NCBI GenBank assembly: GCA_964621305.1
Contig: CAZUOM010000001.1
Coordinates: 229,448 to 293,447 of the forward strand
Length of the DNA stretch: 64,000 nucleotides
Source: an uncultured Gammaproteobacteria bacterium
GTDB lineage: Bacteria > Patescibacteriota > Microgenomatia > UBA10105 > UBA927
Direction: 5' to 3'
Below are positions 48,453-58,335 of this stretch, in pieces (position 1 is the stretch's first letter; each line of letters opens with the position of its first letter). Below the pieces are notes generated by a model that worked only from the letters and a program-made list of their open reading frames with translations, had not been told where the DNA came from and searched no databases. The position numbers were made by a program, and so were the translations under genes.

Positions 48453-48746
48453 ATGTCAGAACACATTAGGCCATCTTCTCAAGAAGAGGTAATCATTAGA
48501 AATGCGTTTCGTCGGGAAAAGACGAGAGGAAGGTGGCCAACAAAACAAGCAAAAGACCGAGAACTGGTCGGAACCGCTTTACATGTACTGAAAGATCATC
48601 CAGAAGATGATTTTAGCGAACAAATGTATCGTCATATTGCTGCAACGTGCAGAGAGGAACTGCCTAGGGTGTCAGCTCCAGGTGATACCGTTGATGTGGA
48701 GACTTGGCATCGTTTGACCCTCTTTATTAAGGAAGCAATTGGGTGA
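48453..48746 (+). CDS. hypothetical protein
   Basis: 97-aa ORF. Confidence 0.3.
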   Translation: MSEHIRPSSQEEVIIRNAFRREKTRGRWPTKQAKDRELVGTALHVLKDHPEDDFSEQMYRHIAATCREELPRVSAPGDTVDVETWHRLTLFIKEAIG

Positions 48747-48888
48747 CAGGAGGAGAGGAATGTAAAGCTTAAGTATGGAGTAAAAAGGGAGTTTTTTCTT
48801 TTCTTCCAACATTTCGCCCTAAAATATCAGGAGCTTCAAATAAAACTCGCTCAATCGTGGTAATTTTCTTCAGATAGTTTCAGTATAG

Positions 48889-50175
48889 TTACAGCTTAAG
48901 CATGTATTCAAGTTTTTCATCTCTCGGTTTGTTCCACACCAGTGCCATATTGAGGGTTTTTGTGACCAGATACTTTCTTACTAGTCGGTTGATGTCCTCT
49001 TTTGTAACCTTTTCTATCTTTTTGAGATATTCATCCAGCGTCAAAATGGGCTGACCGAAGACTTCCTGCCGTCCGTAAAACTCGGTCATAAACTCCGGGT
49101 CCTCAGCTTTAAATGCCATCATGGTTTTGATCCGTTTTTTGGCAACAGCAACTTCTTTCTCCGTTACTCCTTTCTCTCCCGCTTTTGCCAACTCTGCCAG
49201 TATTGCTTGTGTTGCTTGTGTTACTTTCTCTGTAGCCACACCAGCATAGATACTCCAGTACCCCACGTCTGCCCAGTTATTGGAGTTTGACCGGATGTGG
49301 TAACACAGTCCCCGCTTTTCGCGGATTTCCTTAAATAGCCGGCTGGTAAACGAGACACCCATAAGGAGATTAAAGACATTCCATGCAAACCGATCCTCGC
49401 TCCCCCGGCAAAACGTACGAAAGCCTAAAACCAGATGCGCCTGACTCGCATCGGGCTTGGTGACGACCTCAAGCTTGGGCTTACTTTGATGATTAACGAT
49501 CCTCTCCGCCTCCTCGGCGGACCCGCCGGTGAGGCTGGCAAACCACTCTTCTGTTTTCTGTCTGACGGCTGATGACTGACGACTGATGGCTCCTGCCAAC
49601 ACCACCACCATCCTACCAGGCGTGTACCAACGATCGTAGTAGCTTCGCAAGGACTCTCCTTGCAAAGCTAAGAGGCTTTCTGGTTCGCCGATTGTTCGCA
49701 TGCCGAGGCTAGTCGCTGGGTACATCATCGTGTGAAACGTTTCTTCTACTTTTGCTTCCGGCTCATCCTCGTAACGCTTCATTTCTTCGAGAATCACGCT
49801 GCGCTCCCGGTCGATGTGCTTCTGTTCGATTAATGGCGCCAGAGCAAGCTCGCGATTTATCTCTAGCGCTAGCTCCCAATCAGTGCTTAATACCTTGTTG
49901 TGGTAGTTGGTGATATCTATATCTGTATAGGCGTTTTGCAGCCCACCGATCCGCTCAATGATGTTGACGTCGTCGGTGGTAGGGTACCTTTTGGTTCCTT
50001 TGAAGACCATATGCTCCAAGAAATGGGAAACTCCGTTAATATCTTTGGTTTCGTAGCGGCTGCCCACCGCCACCATGACAGCCGTTGCCACACTGTTGAC
50101 GCCCTGCATTGGGACGAGAATGAGCCGAACGCCGCTTGGGAGGGTGGTTTTGTCGTAAGGGTTCCCTGTCTGCAT
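48889..50175 (-). CDS. M16-family (pitrilysin/insulinase-like) zinc peptidase
   Basis: 'HFLEHMVFKGT' inverted zinc motif HxxEH. 428 aa. Carries an in-frame REP type 2 copy (49640..49669, encoding LALQGESLRS) and a CTGATG-rich repeat (49541..49580). Confidence 0.8.
   Translation of the reverse strand: MQTGNPYDKTTLPSGVRLILVPMQGVNSVATAVMVAVGSRYETKDINGVSHFLEHMVFKGTKRYPTTDDVNIIERIGGLQNAYTDIDITNYHNKVLSTDWELALEINRELALAPLIEQKHIDRERSVILEEMKRYEDEPEAKVEETFHTMMYPATSLGMRTIGEPESLLALQGESLRSYYDRWYTPGRMVVVLAGAISRQSSAVRQKTEEWFASLTGGSAEEAERIVNHQSKPKLEVVTKPDASQAHLVLGFRTFCRGSEDRFAWNVFNLLMGVSFTSRLFKEIREKRGLCYHIRSNSNNWADVGYWSIYAGVATEKVTQATQAILAELAKAGEKGVTEKEVAVAKKRIKTMMAFKAEDPEFMTEFYGRQEVFGQPILTLDEYLKKIEKVTKEDINRLVRKYLVTKTLNMALVWNKPRDEKLEYMLKL
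49640..49669. repeat. REP type 2 palindrome (copy d) inside the M16 peptidase CDS
   Basis: tagcttcgcaaggactctccttgcaaagcta. Confidence 0.8.
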
Positions 50176-50240
50176 AGATGTTCATCCTACCAAATTCCTA
50201 GCCTTGCGTAAAGGCTCATTCCGCGCTATAGTTTACACCT

Positions 50241-50750
50241 ATGAAAAAAGAACAAAAAATTACTGGCCTTGAGCTCTACCGGCATTTCCCCTGGTACCAA
50301 CGCGTGACGGATTCGATACAGGGCATTTTAACTCAAGACGCAATCGACGCTGTTAGCGAATACGGACTGGACATAGAAGACTACAAAAAGCTCCTGTTTT
50401 ACCAAACAGGTGCTCGCGAACTAATTGGAGAAACCAATGATCGAATGCAGAAGCTCACGCAACACGAGCTATGGGAAATTTACCAATACCAGAAAACTGA
50501 ACTTGCCAAATGGGAAAGGCAGGAAGCCAGCGATTGGGCGGCGCAGAATCTAAAAGAGTACAAAATTTCGCGACTGCGCCAAGCTCTTTCAGCCAAATGT
50601 TTCCAAGACTTCGATGCACAACTTGCGGCTATTAGCGAACTGGAGGCAACAGTCAACCTGTTTCGCTTTGAATCGGACCTTCTTTCCCCTAACATCCACT
50701 CCGACTGGCCTAATGAACTTTTAAGCAAGAAAAAAAGGAAAAAGAAGTAA
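50241..50750 (+). CDS. hypothetical protein
   Basis: 169-aa ORF, Lys-rich C-terminus. Confidence 0.35.
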   Translation: MKKEQKITGLELYRHFPWYQRVTDSIQGILTQDAIDAVSEYGLDIEDYKKLLFYQTGARELIGETNDRMQKLTQHELWEIYQYQKTELAKWERQEASDWAAQNLKEYKISRLRQALSAKCFQDFDAQLAAISELEATVNLFRFESDLLSPNIHSDWPNELLSKKKRKKK

Positions 50751-50835
50751 GTGTTTACCAGCGCCTTTTTTTCCGGGGAATTTTTGGTGGCGTATGCTAT
50801 ACTGAATATATGACACAGGAAGAAGCAATTGCCCG

Positions 50836-51000
50836 ATGGAGAAAAAGCGCCAACCCTTCAGGGAACTGGTCCGACTCAAACAGCTCACTGGCGACATCGA
50901 GTTGGTTATCGAGCCGGTCCCCTACCATCCGGATGACCTGACTGATAAGTACGACCCACTGGCAAAAGAAATCCGCACCCACGGCATCCGGATCGTGTAA
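50836..51000 (+). CDS. possible small protein (54 aa)
   Basis: ATG..TAA ORF 'MEKKRQPFRELVRLKQLTGDIELVIEPVPYHPDDLTDKYDPLAKEIRTHGIRIV', below the ORF-track cutoff. Coordinates are +/-1. No motif. Confidence 0.2.
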   Translation: MEKKRQPFRELVRLKQLTGDIELVIEPVPYHPDDLTDKYDPLAKEIRTHGIRIV

Positions 51001-51505
51001 ACAGTGCTCAATAGAAAATCCTATAGGGTCTTGATTTTTTGGGGAGTTTGTGGTATAAGAAGAACAATCAACAACGCCTTGTCCTTCGTCGAAGACTCCT
51101 CAGGACGAGTCCTAAGAAGGAAATTATAACCGGCCAGAGAGCCGGTTTAATTGTGGGGAAAAACCGGTAAAATTGATTTTCGAACCAAAATGAATATAAT
51201 ACGATATCTTGTAGTAAGTCTTGAGTAAACATAGCTCTTTGACCCCGCCACCAATCTTACCTCGCGCCGTCCGCCCCCAGCTACGCAGTTGCTGGCGGAG
51301 CGCTCGCGAGGAGCGATGGTGCAAGGGTCTGGATCACAACATGCGATGCAGTTGTTCTTTGACATATCAGGATGAAAAACCAGGAAGGATGCATTCTGGA
51401 AGCTATCAGTCTTCAGTCATCAGCCATCAGACTGAAAGCTGAGCGCTGACAGCTGGCAGCTTTTGGAAGGCATCCTTGCTGGGGAGGATGTAAAGGAGGA
51501 AGACG

Positions 51506-51694
51506 ATGTGGTTAATACCAATAATCATTATCGTGATTACCATCGCGCTCGCCATTTTGCTGATACTCACAGCGCCACTCTGGGCGAGAATGTTCAATGC
51601 GATCGCCAGCCTCGGAAAAAAACAGATCAAAGAGGCAGGCGAGACACTTGAGGCGGACGAAAAAAAGGAGGAAGGAAATGAGCCGCTATCGTGA
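51506..51694 (+). CDS. small membrane protein
   Basis: RBS aaggaggaagacgATG. 'LIPIIIIVITIALAILLILTAPLW' TM helix. Overlaps the SPFH gene start. Confidence 0.4.
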   Translation: MWLIPIIIIVITIALAILLILTAPLWARMFNAIASLGKKQIKEAGETLEADEKKEEGNEPLS

Positions 51695-52679
51695 TGATGA
51701 GTTAAGTAGAAGAACGTCTATCCCCGGCACATACATAGCCGCTGGTATCGTCGTGATTCTACTGGGGTGCAGCGTTCTGTTTGCATGCACGGCGGTTGAT
51801 CGGGTTGATCCCGGAAACGCGGGAGTGCTCGTAGACTTTGGGGCGGGTACTGTGGCTGGGGAACCGAAACTCAGCTCAATCCAAACGTCACAGTACTTTT
51901 TCAAAAACCCGATCTGGCAAGTCCTGGTTGAATATCCCATCACCCAACAAACTCTCACCATGAACAAAGCCGAGAAGGAGGGTGATGATTCCATCCGCTG
52001 TCAGGACATGAACGGGGTGCCCGTGAATATCGACACCTCTACGCTCTGGCGCGTGGATCCATTGAAGGTTGGGCAATTATACCTCAAGCGCCGCGACATG
52101 CCGCTCGTTGGCAAGGCCGGAGGCGACATTGAAAGTGTGATTGTCCGACGAGAAGTACGAAACGCTGTTACACTAACGTGCAGCAAATACCGATACGACG
52201 AGATGTACGGCACCAAGCGCGTGGAGTTCGGCGAGAAAGCAACTAACTTTCTCGGTCCTGAGTTGTTAGAAAATCACATTCTGCTGGACAAGTTCATTTT
52301 GGGCGAGATTCACCTTTTGCCAGAACAGCAGACGGCAATCAACCGCAAGGTGCTCGCCGAGCAGGCGGCGCTCGAAGCGGCGTTTCTGAAGCAGAAAGCC
52401 GAAAACGAAGCAGCGGGAAAGGTTGCCGACGCAGAAGGTCAGCGTAAGGTGCGTATTTTGCAAGCCCAGGCGGAAGCGGAGGCAATCCGCATCGTGAATG
52501 AACAACTTGGGCAGTCAAAGTTCTACATCGAGTACACCTACGCGATCAAGTGGAATGGAGCGTATCCATCGACGATCGTACTCGGTAGCGGGCAATCAAT
52601 CCCGGTCCTAGCGGGACTACAACTGCAACAACTGGCAACACCAACACCCGCGCCAACCGTACCAACGGGCACCAAATAA
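51678..52679 (+). CDS. SPFH/band-7 (stomatin/prohibitin-like) membrane protein
   Basis: RBS aaaaaggaggaaggaaATG. N-terminal TM, then beta/alpha SPFH-like region and the Ala/Glu-rich coiled coil 'AEQAALEAAFLKQKAENEAAGKVADAEGQRKVRILQAQAEAEAIRIV' typical of HflK/C and stomatins. Confidence 0.65.
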   Translation: MSRYRDDELSRRTSIPGTYIAAGIVVILLGCSVLFACTAVDRVDPGNAGVLVDFGAGTVAGEPKLSSIQTSQYFFKNPIWQVLVEYPITQQTLTMNKAEKEGDDSIRCQDMNGVPVNIDTSTLWRVDPLKVGQLYLKRRDMPLVGKAGGDIESVIVRREVRNAVTLTCSKYRYDEMYGTKRVEFGEKATNFLGPELLENHILLDKFILGEIHLLPEQQTAINRKVLAEQAALEAAFLKQKAENEAAGKVADAEGQRKVRILQAQAEAEAIRIVNEQLGQSKFYIEYTYAIKWNGAYPSTIVLGSGQSIPVLAGLQLQQLATPTPAPTVPTGTK

Positions 52680-52884
52680 CATCATCCTCACCCCCTGGGT
52701 AGTCCCCAGAGTACCCAGGTCATCCTGATACCAAGGTGCAAAACCTCGGTCGGGCTTGGAGAAAAAGCACTATGCATCTGCATACTGCCTATACCCTCTC
52801 TAGCCCGACCGATTTTTTTTAGGAAAAGGCAATTCTATTGTAGCACCAGATCCGTTTGAGCAGCTATGGTATACTACCATCAGC

Positions 52885-53172
52885 GTGGATATTCAAACGG
52901 TCAAGCATAAATCAGCCCCAATATTGCAACAATATCATGTACGAAAAGCCGCGGTTTTTGGATCTTTTGCCCGCGGAGAAGATCACGAAAAAAGCGATAT
53001 TGATATTCTCGTCGACCTACCCGATGCGCTCAGTTTATTTGATTTCGTCGCCCTCTCAAGCGATTTGGAATCTATTCTCCACACTGCGGTAGATCTGGTT
53101 GAGTATGATGCAATAAAACCGGCACTCCGAAAATATATTCTTGGCACAGAAATCCCCATTTATCCCATATGA
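52885..53172 (+). CDS. MNT-type nucleotidyltransferase (MntA-like antitoxin)
   Basis: 'VFGSFARGEDHEKSDIDILV' = GSxxRGx...SDxD minimal NTase motif. Confidence 0.7.
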   Translation: MDIQTVKHKSAPILQQYHVRKAAVFGSFARGEDHEKSDIDILVDLPDALSLFDFVALSSDLESILHTAVDLVEYDAIKPALRKYILGTEIPIYPI

Positions 53173-53501
53173 CTCGAGATATCAACGTCTATCTTGACGA
53201 TATATTAGAAGCTATTGCAAAAATACGTGAGTATACCAACTGATTGGATGAAGTCCGGTTTTCTGAGGATACCCCAATCCAGGACGCGGTCATCCGGCGG
53301 CTGACCATCATCGGCGAAGCAGCCGGGAATATTCCCAAAGAGATCCGGCTGCAATTCCCCGACGTAAAGTGGAAGTCTATTGTGGGACTTCGAAATGTCG
53401 TCATACACGAATATGCCAAAGTGAAGCGCTCCCCCGACCTTACGGTCGGGGCATCGGCTGGTTCATTCGGAGCGCGAAACCCCGCACCGAATGCCTTTTG
53501 A
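53170..53501 (+). pseudogene. HEPN/DUF86 (HepT-like) toxin gene, frameshifted
   Basis: 'MTRDINVYLDDILEAIAKIREYTN*' (frame 1) then 'LDEVRFSEDTPIQDAVIRRLTIIGEAAGNIPKEI...VGLRNVVIHEYAKV' (frame 0) with the Rx4HxY HEPN motif. The C-terminus also diverges. Confidence 0.5.
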
Positions 53502-53690
53502 AACCATTCATCCCTCGAGCTTACGCTCGGGGCATTCTGGTGCTGGGGTAAAAATGGGACGGGTGTGGGAAGTGGTTCACTCAGAGTTATCGAGCCTTGA
53601 ATCGTCTATCCAATCGATGAAAGAATCGTGTGTGAAACAACAACGACACTGAAAAACCCTCTCTAGCCCGACCGAACCTTTTTTCCCAAC

Positions 53691-54929
53691 TCAAAAGAGG
53701 CACGCCGGAGCCTGGCCGGTCAATGATACAAGCTGAAAGGTATACCCAGGTAGAGACACGGTAGGCTTCCATCGGTCATCGGCGTCAGACCGGAACTTGA
53801 CTTCATAGGCTTGTCTTTTCTTTGGCACGAGAAAGTCTATTTCCTTATCGCGCTTGCGCAGAAACGTCACTTCTTCCCCCTTTTCCAACAACCGCTCCAA
53901 AACGTAGGACTCAACGGCAAAGCCCATACCCGTGGCAAAATCGTGTTTGGACTCAAAAAGCGAAAACATGGAACTCACGTATATCTTTTTGGCGCTGTTT
54001 TCTCTCGTGAGAGGCTTAGTGCTGTTGTACACGATATACACCAACCCCATCAGCTCCAGAACAGAAAGATATTTTTCCAATGTGACGGCTGTCGTGTTGG
54101 CAACGCGCGCTAGGTTGATGGTCGATACGACGCTACCGCTATTGGTTCGAAGGTAGGTAAACAGGGCATTTATAATCTGCGGTTTTTCTATTGCAAAATA
54201 GTTAAACGCATCCTGCGTGAGGCTCTGGCCGAGGACAGAAAGAATATATGCTTTCTGCTGGTCCGGCGTAAGCCGTACCATTTCCGGCAGTCTCCCCCAC
54301 GCAAGAAACTCGCGGAACCGGCTATTGAGCTCGGAAAGCATGTGTCCCCGCACGAACCGATCTTTTTCGTGTTGGACCGATGATGCGACGGAAACAAGCG
54401 AAGAACCGGTCAACCCCAGGTATTCACTAAATCCCAACGGAAAAAGGCGGTAGTGGAAAAATCTCCCCCCCAGGCTCTCTTCCATTCTCTGTTTGTAGGA
54501 GAGGCTCAGCGACCCGGTCAATACAAATTTTGTCTTCGGCCCTGTGTCGTAAAACTCCTTCACCACCCGTTCAAATCCATGGACAAATTGTATTTCGTCG
54601 AAAAAACAATAAACCGGGAGCCCCGGCGCGGCGATTTCTTTCAGAAAAAGATCATAGACCGACCAGATATCCTCACGGGTATCTCCCGGACCAAACTCAA
54701 AAAAAAGGATCTGGGTCGGCGGCACAGCCTTCTGACGGATGAGATCATCAACAACCTGTCGAAGAAGCACAGACTTGCCGGTCCGCCTGGGCCCGGTCAA
54801 AAAAATCATGGGGCGCGATCTCATATCTTTCCAAATGTTGCCAAATAGAGCTCTCCGGAACACAAAAGTCTCAAGCTGCCTTCCGGACCAATGGCGATTT
54901 TGAAAAATGACACGATCGCGTATGATCAT
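53691..54929 (-). CDS. AAA+ ATPase (AAA_14/DUF4143 family)
   Basis: Walker A 'LTGPRRTGKS', Walker B 'YCFFDEIQ'. C-terminal DUF4143-like region. Confidence 0.65.
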   Translation of the reverse strand: MIIRDRVIFQNRHWSGRQLETFVFRRALFGNIWKDMRSRPMIFLTGPRRTGKSVLLRQVVDDLIRQKAVPPTQILFFEFGPGDTREDIWSVYDLFLKEIAAPGLPVYCFFDEIQFVHGFERVVKEFYDTGPKTKFVLTGSLSLSYKQRMEESLGGRFFHYRLFPLGFSEYLGLTGSSLVSVASSVQHEKDRFVRGHMLSELNSRFREFLAWGRLPEMVRLTPDQQKAYILSVLGQSLTQDAFNYFAIEKPQIINALFTYLRTNSGSVVSTINLARVANTTAVTLEKYLSVLELMGLVYIVYNSTKPLTRENSAKKIYVSSMFSLFESKHDFATGMGFAVESYVLERLLEKGEEVTFLRKRDKEIDFLVPKKRQAYEVKFRSDADDRWKPTVSLPGYTFQLVSLTGQAPACLF

Positions 54930-55096
54930 ATACTAAACTCTATACGATCTATATAATTTTGTCAACAAAGCAATAAAGAGCCTATCGGAATATGGTTGCA
55001 GCTAAACACGGCCAAACGACACTAAAAAACACCCAAGCAGAACGCGATAGTCATCTTCATGAAGAAGACAATATCGATCCGCCTGGGTGTTTGTGT

Positions 55097-55615
55097 TTAT
55101 CTAAACGACCGTCCGTATAAGTACCAAACGGCCTCATATCCATCAATCTGAAGAGTACCAAATAAAACATCCACCACGCTCCCCTCTTTCCACTGGCTCT
55201 TCAAGGAATACGTGTACTGGGTTGTTAGATCTCCAGCAATAATGTCTTTATTGGGAACTCTCCGATAATTCACGTACAACAACTCCGGCACGATGCAGGA
55301 GGCCGGCGGCAGTGTTGGATTCTGGCAACGAGGCACATCAAGAACGACTGTGTCCCCATTTTTAACTTCCACCGCGATCGCATCTTCGTCTGGAACGTAT
55401 CCAAACCAGGTTACTTTCGGGGGATTATCCCAGACCGGCGGTGTTATCTCGAAGATATGTTTGATATCATCAATCGAGAAGATTCGCTTGGATTCGTCAG
55501 TCGTGAGAGGAACTGATGTTTCCAACACGAATGATATTCTTTCTCCAGCCGGCGCGGCCTGACAGGCGCTGGCAGCTAGGAGAACTAGCGCCAAAACACC
55601 AAGAAACTTTCTCAT
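55097..55615 (-). CDS. secreted hypothetical protein
   Basis: RBS ggaggaATGgcATG. Signal peptide 'MRKFLGVLALVLLAASACQAAPAG'. Confidence 0.45.
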   Translation of the reverse strand: MRKFLGVLALVLLAASACQAAPAGERISFVLETSVPLTTDESKRIFSIDDIKHIFEITPPVWDNPPKVTWFGYVPDEDAIAVEVKNGDTVVLDVPRCQNPTLPPASCIVPELLYVNYRRVPNKDIIAGDLTTQYTYSLKSQWKEGSVVDVLFGTLQIDGYEAVWYLYGRSFR

Positions 55616-55749
55616 GCCATTCCTCCAAAATTGGATTCGCACTATAATGTTCAACTACAATGGAAATGTGCGTATCTATTATTTTATCATATCCTATAAC
55701 AATAGTAAACTACGCCCTAGTTATTTCGTCGTGACTTCTATATGATTAT

Positions 55750-56127
55750 TTGATGACCGCTGATGATCTACGTCAGGATTTGGAACTGAAAATCGTTGAG
55801 CTTCTAAAAGCTAAAGTTGAGGATGGGTCGATGACCGAAGAGCGGAGCCAGCAAATAGCCAAGATCGTCCTGGAGCTCCTGCGGCCCGGCATGAGCTGGG
55901 AGGAGCTGTTCAAAGCCATTCCCAGACTGGACGATAGCGCATCGGAGCTTTGTATTGTCATCCTCCCCTATTTACGAAAATACGAGGAAATGGTAAGCAA
56001 CAAAGCTACACACCAGGTAGCAGAATTCATTCGCACCGGTCAATACGATGCAGCCGTACAACTGTCTAGGAAAGTAATCGCCCAAGAGGGCGTCACGCTG
56101 ACGGGATCAGGAAGCGCTACCAGCTAG
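55750..56127 (+). CDS. hypothetical protein
   Basis: 125-aa helical ORF. Confidence 0.35.
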   Translation: MMTADDLRQDLELKIVELLKAKVEDGSMTEERSQQIAKIVLELLRPGMSWEELFKAIPRLDDSASELCIVILPYLRKYEEMVSNKATHQVAEFIRTGQYDAAVQLSRKVIAQEGVTLTGSGSATS

Positions 56128-56129
56128 GC

Positions 56130-58103
56130 CTAATCTCTATCAAGGCGGGGAAATCGGGCATCCGCTTGCCCCTTTAATGCCGCAAGCATGGGTCTAGTGA
56201 TATCATCAACTGCACTTTTTGCATTTGGATCTGGCTGGCCGGGTGATGCGGAAGAAAATGCATCATTTATTTTAAGTTGCGGGGCAAAATCATCCGTGTC
56301 GCAATATTCTGCGTATGCCGCAAAACAATCGGCGACGTAGGCTGTTAATGCAGTTAATTGCTCTTTCGTAATGCCAACGTTGTGCGCGCTTTCAAAAAAC
56401 TCCGTGGCTTTTTCACGATAAGTATCCTGCCCGTATATGGATATGTTTTGTTTACAGAGCAATTTCATATACTGTACTATAAATTCACTCTGGTGAAAAA
56501 TGTCACTCGTTTTTTTGTGCGGTGGTCGATAATTAAGTGGTGATTCAGATAATATATCTATATCAGAAAATCCAGTAAACATTTTTCTTAAATCCGTTTG
56601 CAATTGGGCGAGTGATTTTTTCGTATTCAACTGTCCTTCTATAACATAACTGACTCCAATAGAATACAACGTTTTTAGCATCATATATTTCACCTGATCG
56701 GTAAATTGATCTCTGGTCTGGCTATGTTTGAGTGCCATGAGTGTGTTTTCAGCGCCAAATTCACGAATTTGCGCGACATATATTCTCTTGCGCAGGTGTT
56801 GTTTTGTATGCTCTACCAATAAGCGCGCTGATAGCTCTATCAGCTTTTTTCTATACTTCTGTGTATCCTCTCCTTCAAATGCACTACTATACAAGTCTTT
56901 TTCGTGTTTGCGAAGATAGTCCCGGTGCCGGATGACAATTAGCTTTTTTACCGCTTCGGCACGCGGATCTCCTCTTTCGTAAAACAGGCGGTAGGCCGTG
57001 ATGGCTCCCACGGCAAGGCTCTGGGCATATTGAGGTATCTGACTGGCACAAACGATATATTCTGCAATATTTTGATTACTTACGATAATTTTTAATGCTC
57101 TTCCTAAAGCATAGGATGCATCATCTCGATAGCCGGTGTTGAGTGAAGATGTGAGTAGCAACTCCAAATCCTCTGTATCGCTATCTTCAAATCCTTCAAA
57201 TATTTTTGAGGTGAACGTGGTATGGGCATGGTCAATCTCGGAAAGCCGCCTGGGAGCAAATTGATCCATGGCTTCCAATGCGCGTATAAAAACAGATGTA
57301 TTGATGAATTGTTCGTCCCGGCTATAAGTCTTCGTCGCCCGTATCTCTTTTGCTGATCCGGCGAACTTTGGGCCTATGTACCGGCCGACGATGACGCTTT
57401 TTCCCTGAAAAAATCGAATGATTTGCGCTAATGAAAAAGCGGTCTGAAGCCTGCGATATCTATATTTGTCCTCCGGTGTTGGGTCATCATAAAAATCAAA
57501 TTGGAATTTTTCCTTCACATGGTAGGCGCCATAGACCGTATCGATCCCAAGGCGCTTGGCGACCTGGGCAACCGCCGTTTCCCACTGATATTCCCACGCT
57601 CTGCTCCGGTCCCATGCCTGGCCTTTGATCAAGTTTTGGGTAAAGGCGTCTTTTGCAAAATCAAAGACCCCCTCGCGCACGACTGAATCCTCCATCGAGC
57701 CCAATGGACTATTCAAATATCTATGAACTATACTTTCAAGCTCTGTGAGCAGTCTGTTGTCTGCAAGTGATTCTGGGTCTTTTCGTGCGTCGTCGATAAG
57801 ATGCTGCCACAATTCTGTTTGTGCAAGAATTTTAGCAAATGCATTAAGTTCTACTGAGGCTGCCTGGTCTATGAGGCGGAGCACTTGTTGATGCTTTTCT
57901 TGTTCTATTGCCAATCTATCGGGGTTTGTTTGTTTTAATATTTCAATATCCGATTCGTCAGGATACAGTGCATCTTTCAGTGGCTTTATTATCCGTTCAC
58001 TAAAGATATACCGCTTTGCTCGGATATCTCCGGATACCTGTGTGGCAAAGTGATACCAAATATCCCCGCCCGCCGGCAACGGTAAAACTTTTTGTTCACT
58101 CAT
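56130..58103 (-). CDS. large hypothetical protein (657 aa), operon member
   Basis: No motif recognised. Start ATGA-overlaps the stop of the upstream 73-aa ORF. Confidence 0.5.
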   Translation of the reverse strand: MSEQKVLPLPAGGDIWYHFATQVSGDIRAKRYIFSERIIKPLKDALYPDESDIEILKQTNPDRLAIEQEKHQQVLRLIDQAASVELNAFAKILAQTELWQHLIDDARKDPESLADNRLLTELESIVHRYLNSPLGSMEDSVVREGVFDFAKDAFTQNLIKGQAWDRSRAWEYQWETAVAQVAKRLGIDTVYGAYHVKEKFQFDFYDDPTPEDKYRYRRLQTAFSLAQIIRFFQGKSVIVGRYIGPKFAGSAKEIRATKTYSRDEQFINTSVFIRALEAMDQFAPRRLSEIDHAHTTFTSKIFEGFEDSDTEDLELLLTSSLNTGYRDDASYALGRALKIIVSNQNIAEYIVCASQIPQYAQSLAVGAITAYRLFYERGDPRAEAVKKLIVIRHRDYLRKHEKDLYSSAFEGEDTQKYRKKLIELSARLLVEHTKQHLRKRIYVAQIREFGAENTLMALKHSQTRDQFTDQVKYMMLKTLYSIGVSYVIEGQLNTKKSLAQLQTDLRKMFTGFSDIDILSESPLNYRPPHKKTSDIFHQSEFIVQYMKLLCKQNISIYGQDTYREKATEFFESAHNVGITKEQLTALTAYVADCFAAYAEYCDTDDFAPQLKINDAFSSASPGQPDPNAKSAVDDITRPMLAALKGQADARFPRLDRD

Positions 58104-58321
58104 AATGATGTTTGTAAGACACGGAAAAATTGCGTGCAGGTCTTTTTGAGTTCAATGATCGCCTGAGCACCTGAAATAATATTATCGCTGTATTGATTTC
58201 GAATTGTTTGAAGATTTTTTTGAAAGGCAATATGCGCGGAAAGGTCATGCGGAGAAACAATAATCCCGTGGTTTATTGCCGTACCGGTCATTCCATCGGA
58301 CATATACGGCAAGTATAGCAC
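58100..58321 (-). CDS. small hypothetical protein (73 aa), operon member
   Basis: Translationally coupled between the 560-aa and 657-aa genes. Confidence 0.35.
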   Translation of the reverse strand: MLYLPYMSDGMTGTAINHGIIVSPHDLSAHIAFQKNLQTIRNQYSDNIISGAQAIIELKKTCTQFFRVLQTSL

Positions 58322-58335
58322 AAAAAAATCGCCTA

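Noticed and set aside
51100-51500. Possible tmRNA/RNase P/SRP RNA in the ORF-poor stretch upstream of the SPFH operon
   Set aside because: I could not find the diagnostic motifs (tRNA-like GGTTCGAATCC T-loop and CCA end for tmRNA, GNRA/ACAGNRA P4 motifs for RNase P, SRP domain IV bulge). Only generic hairpins are present. Left as an unexplained noncoding region.
53189-53419. Minus-strand ORFs antisense to the hepT pseudogene
   Set aside because: Shadow ORFs. The plus strand carries the recognisable HEPN Rx4HxY motif.
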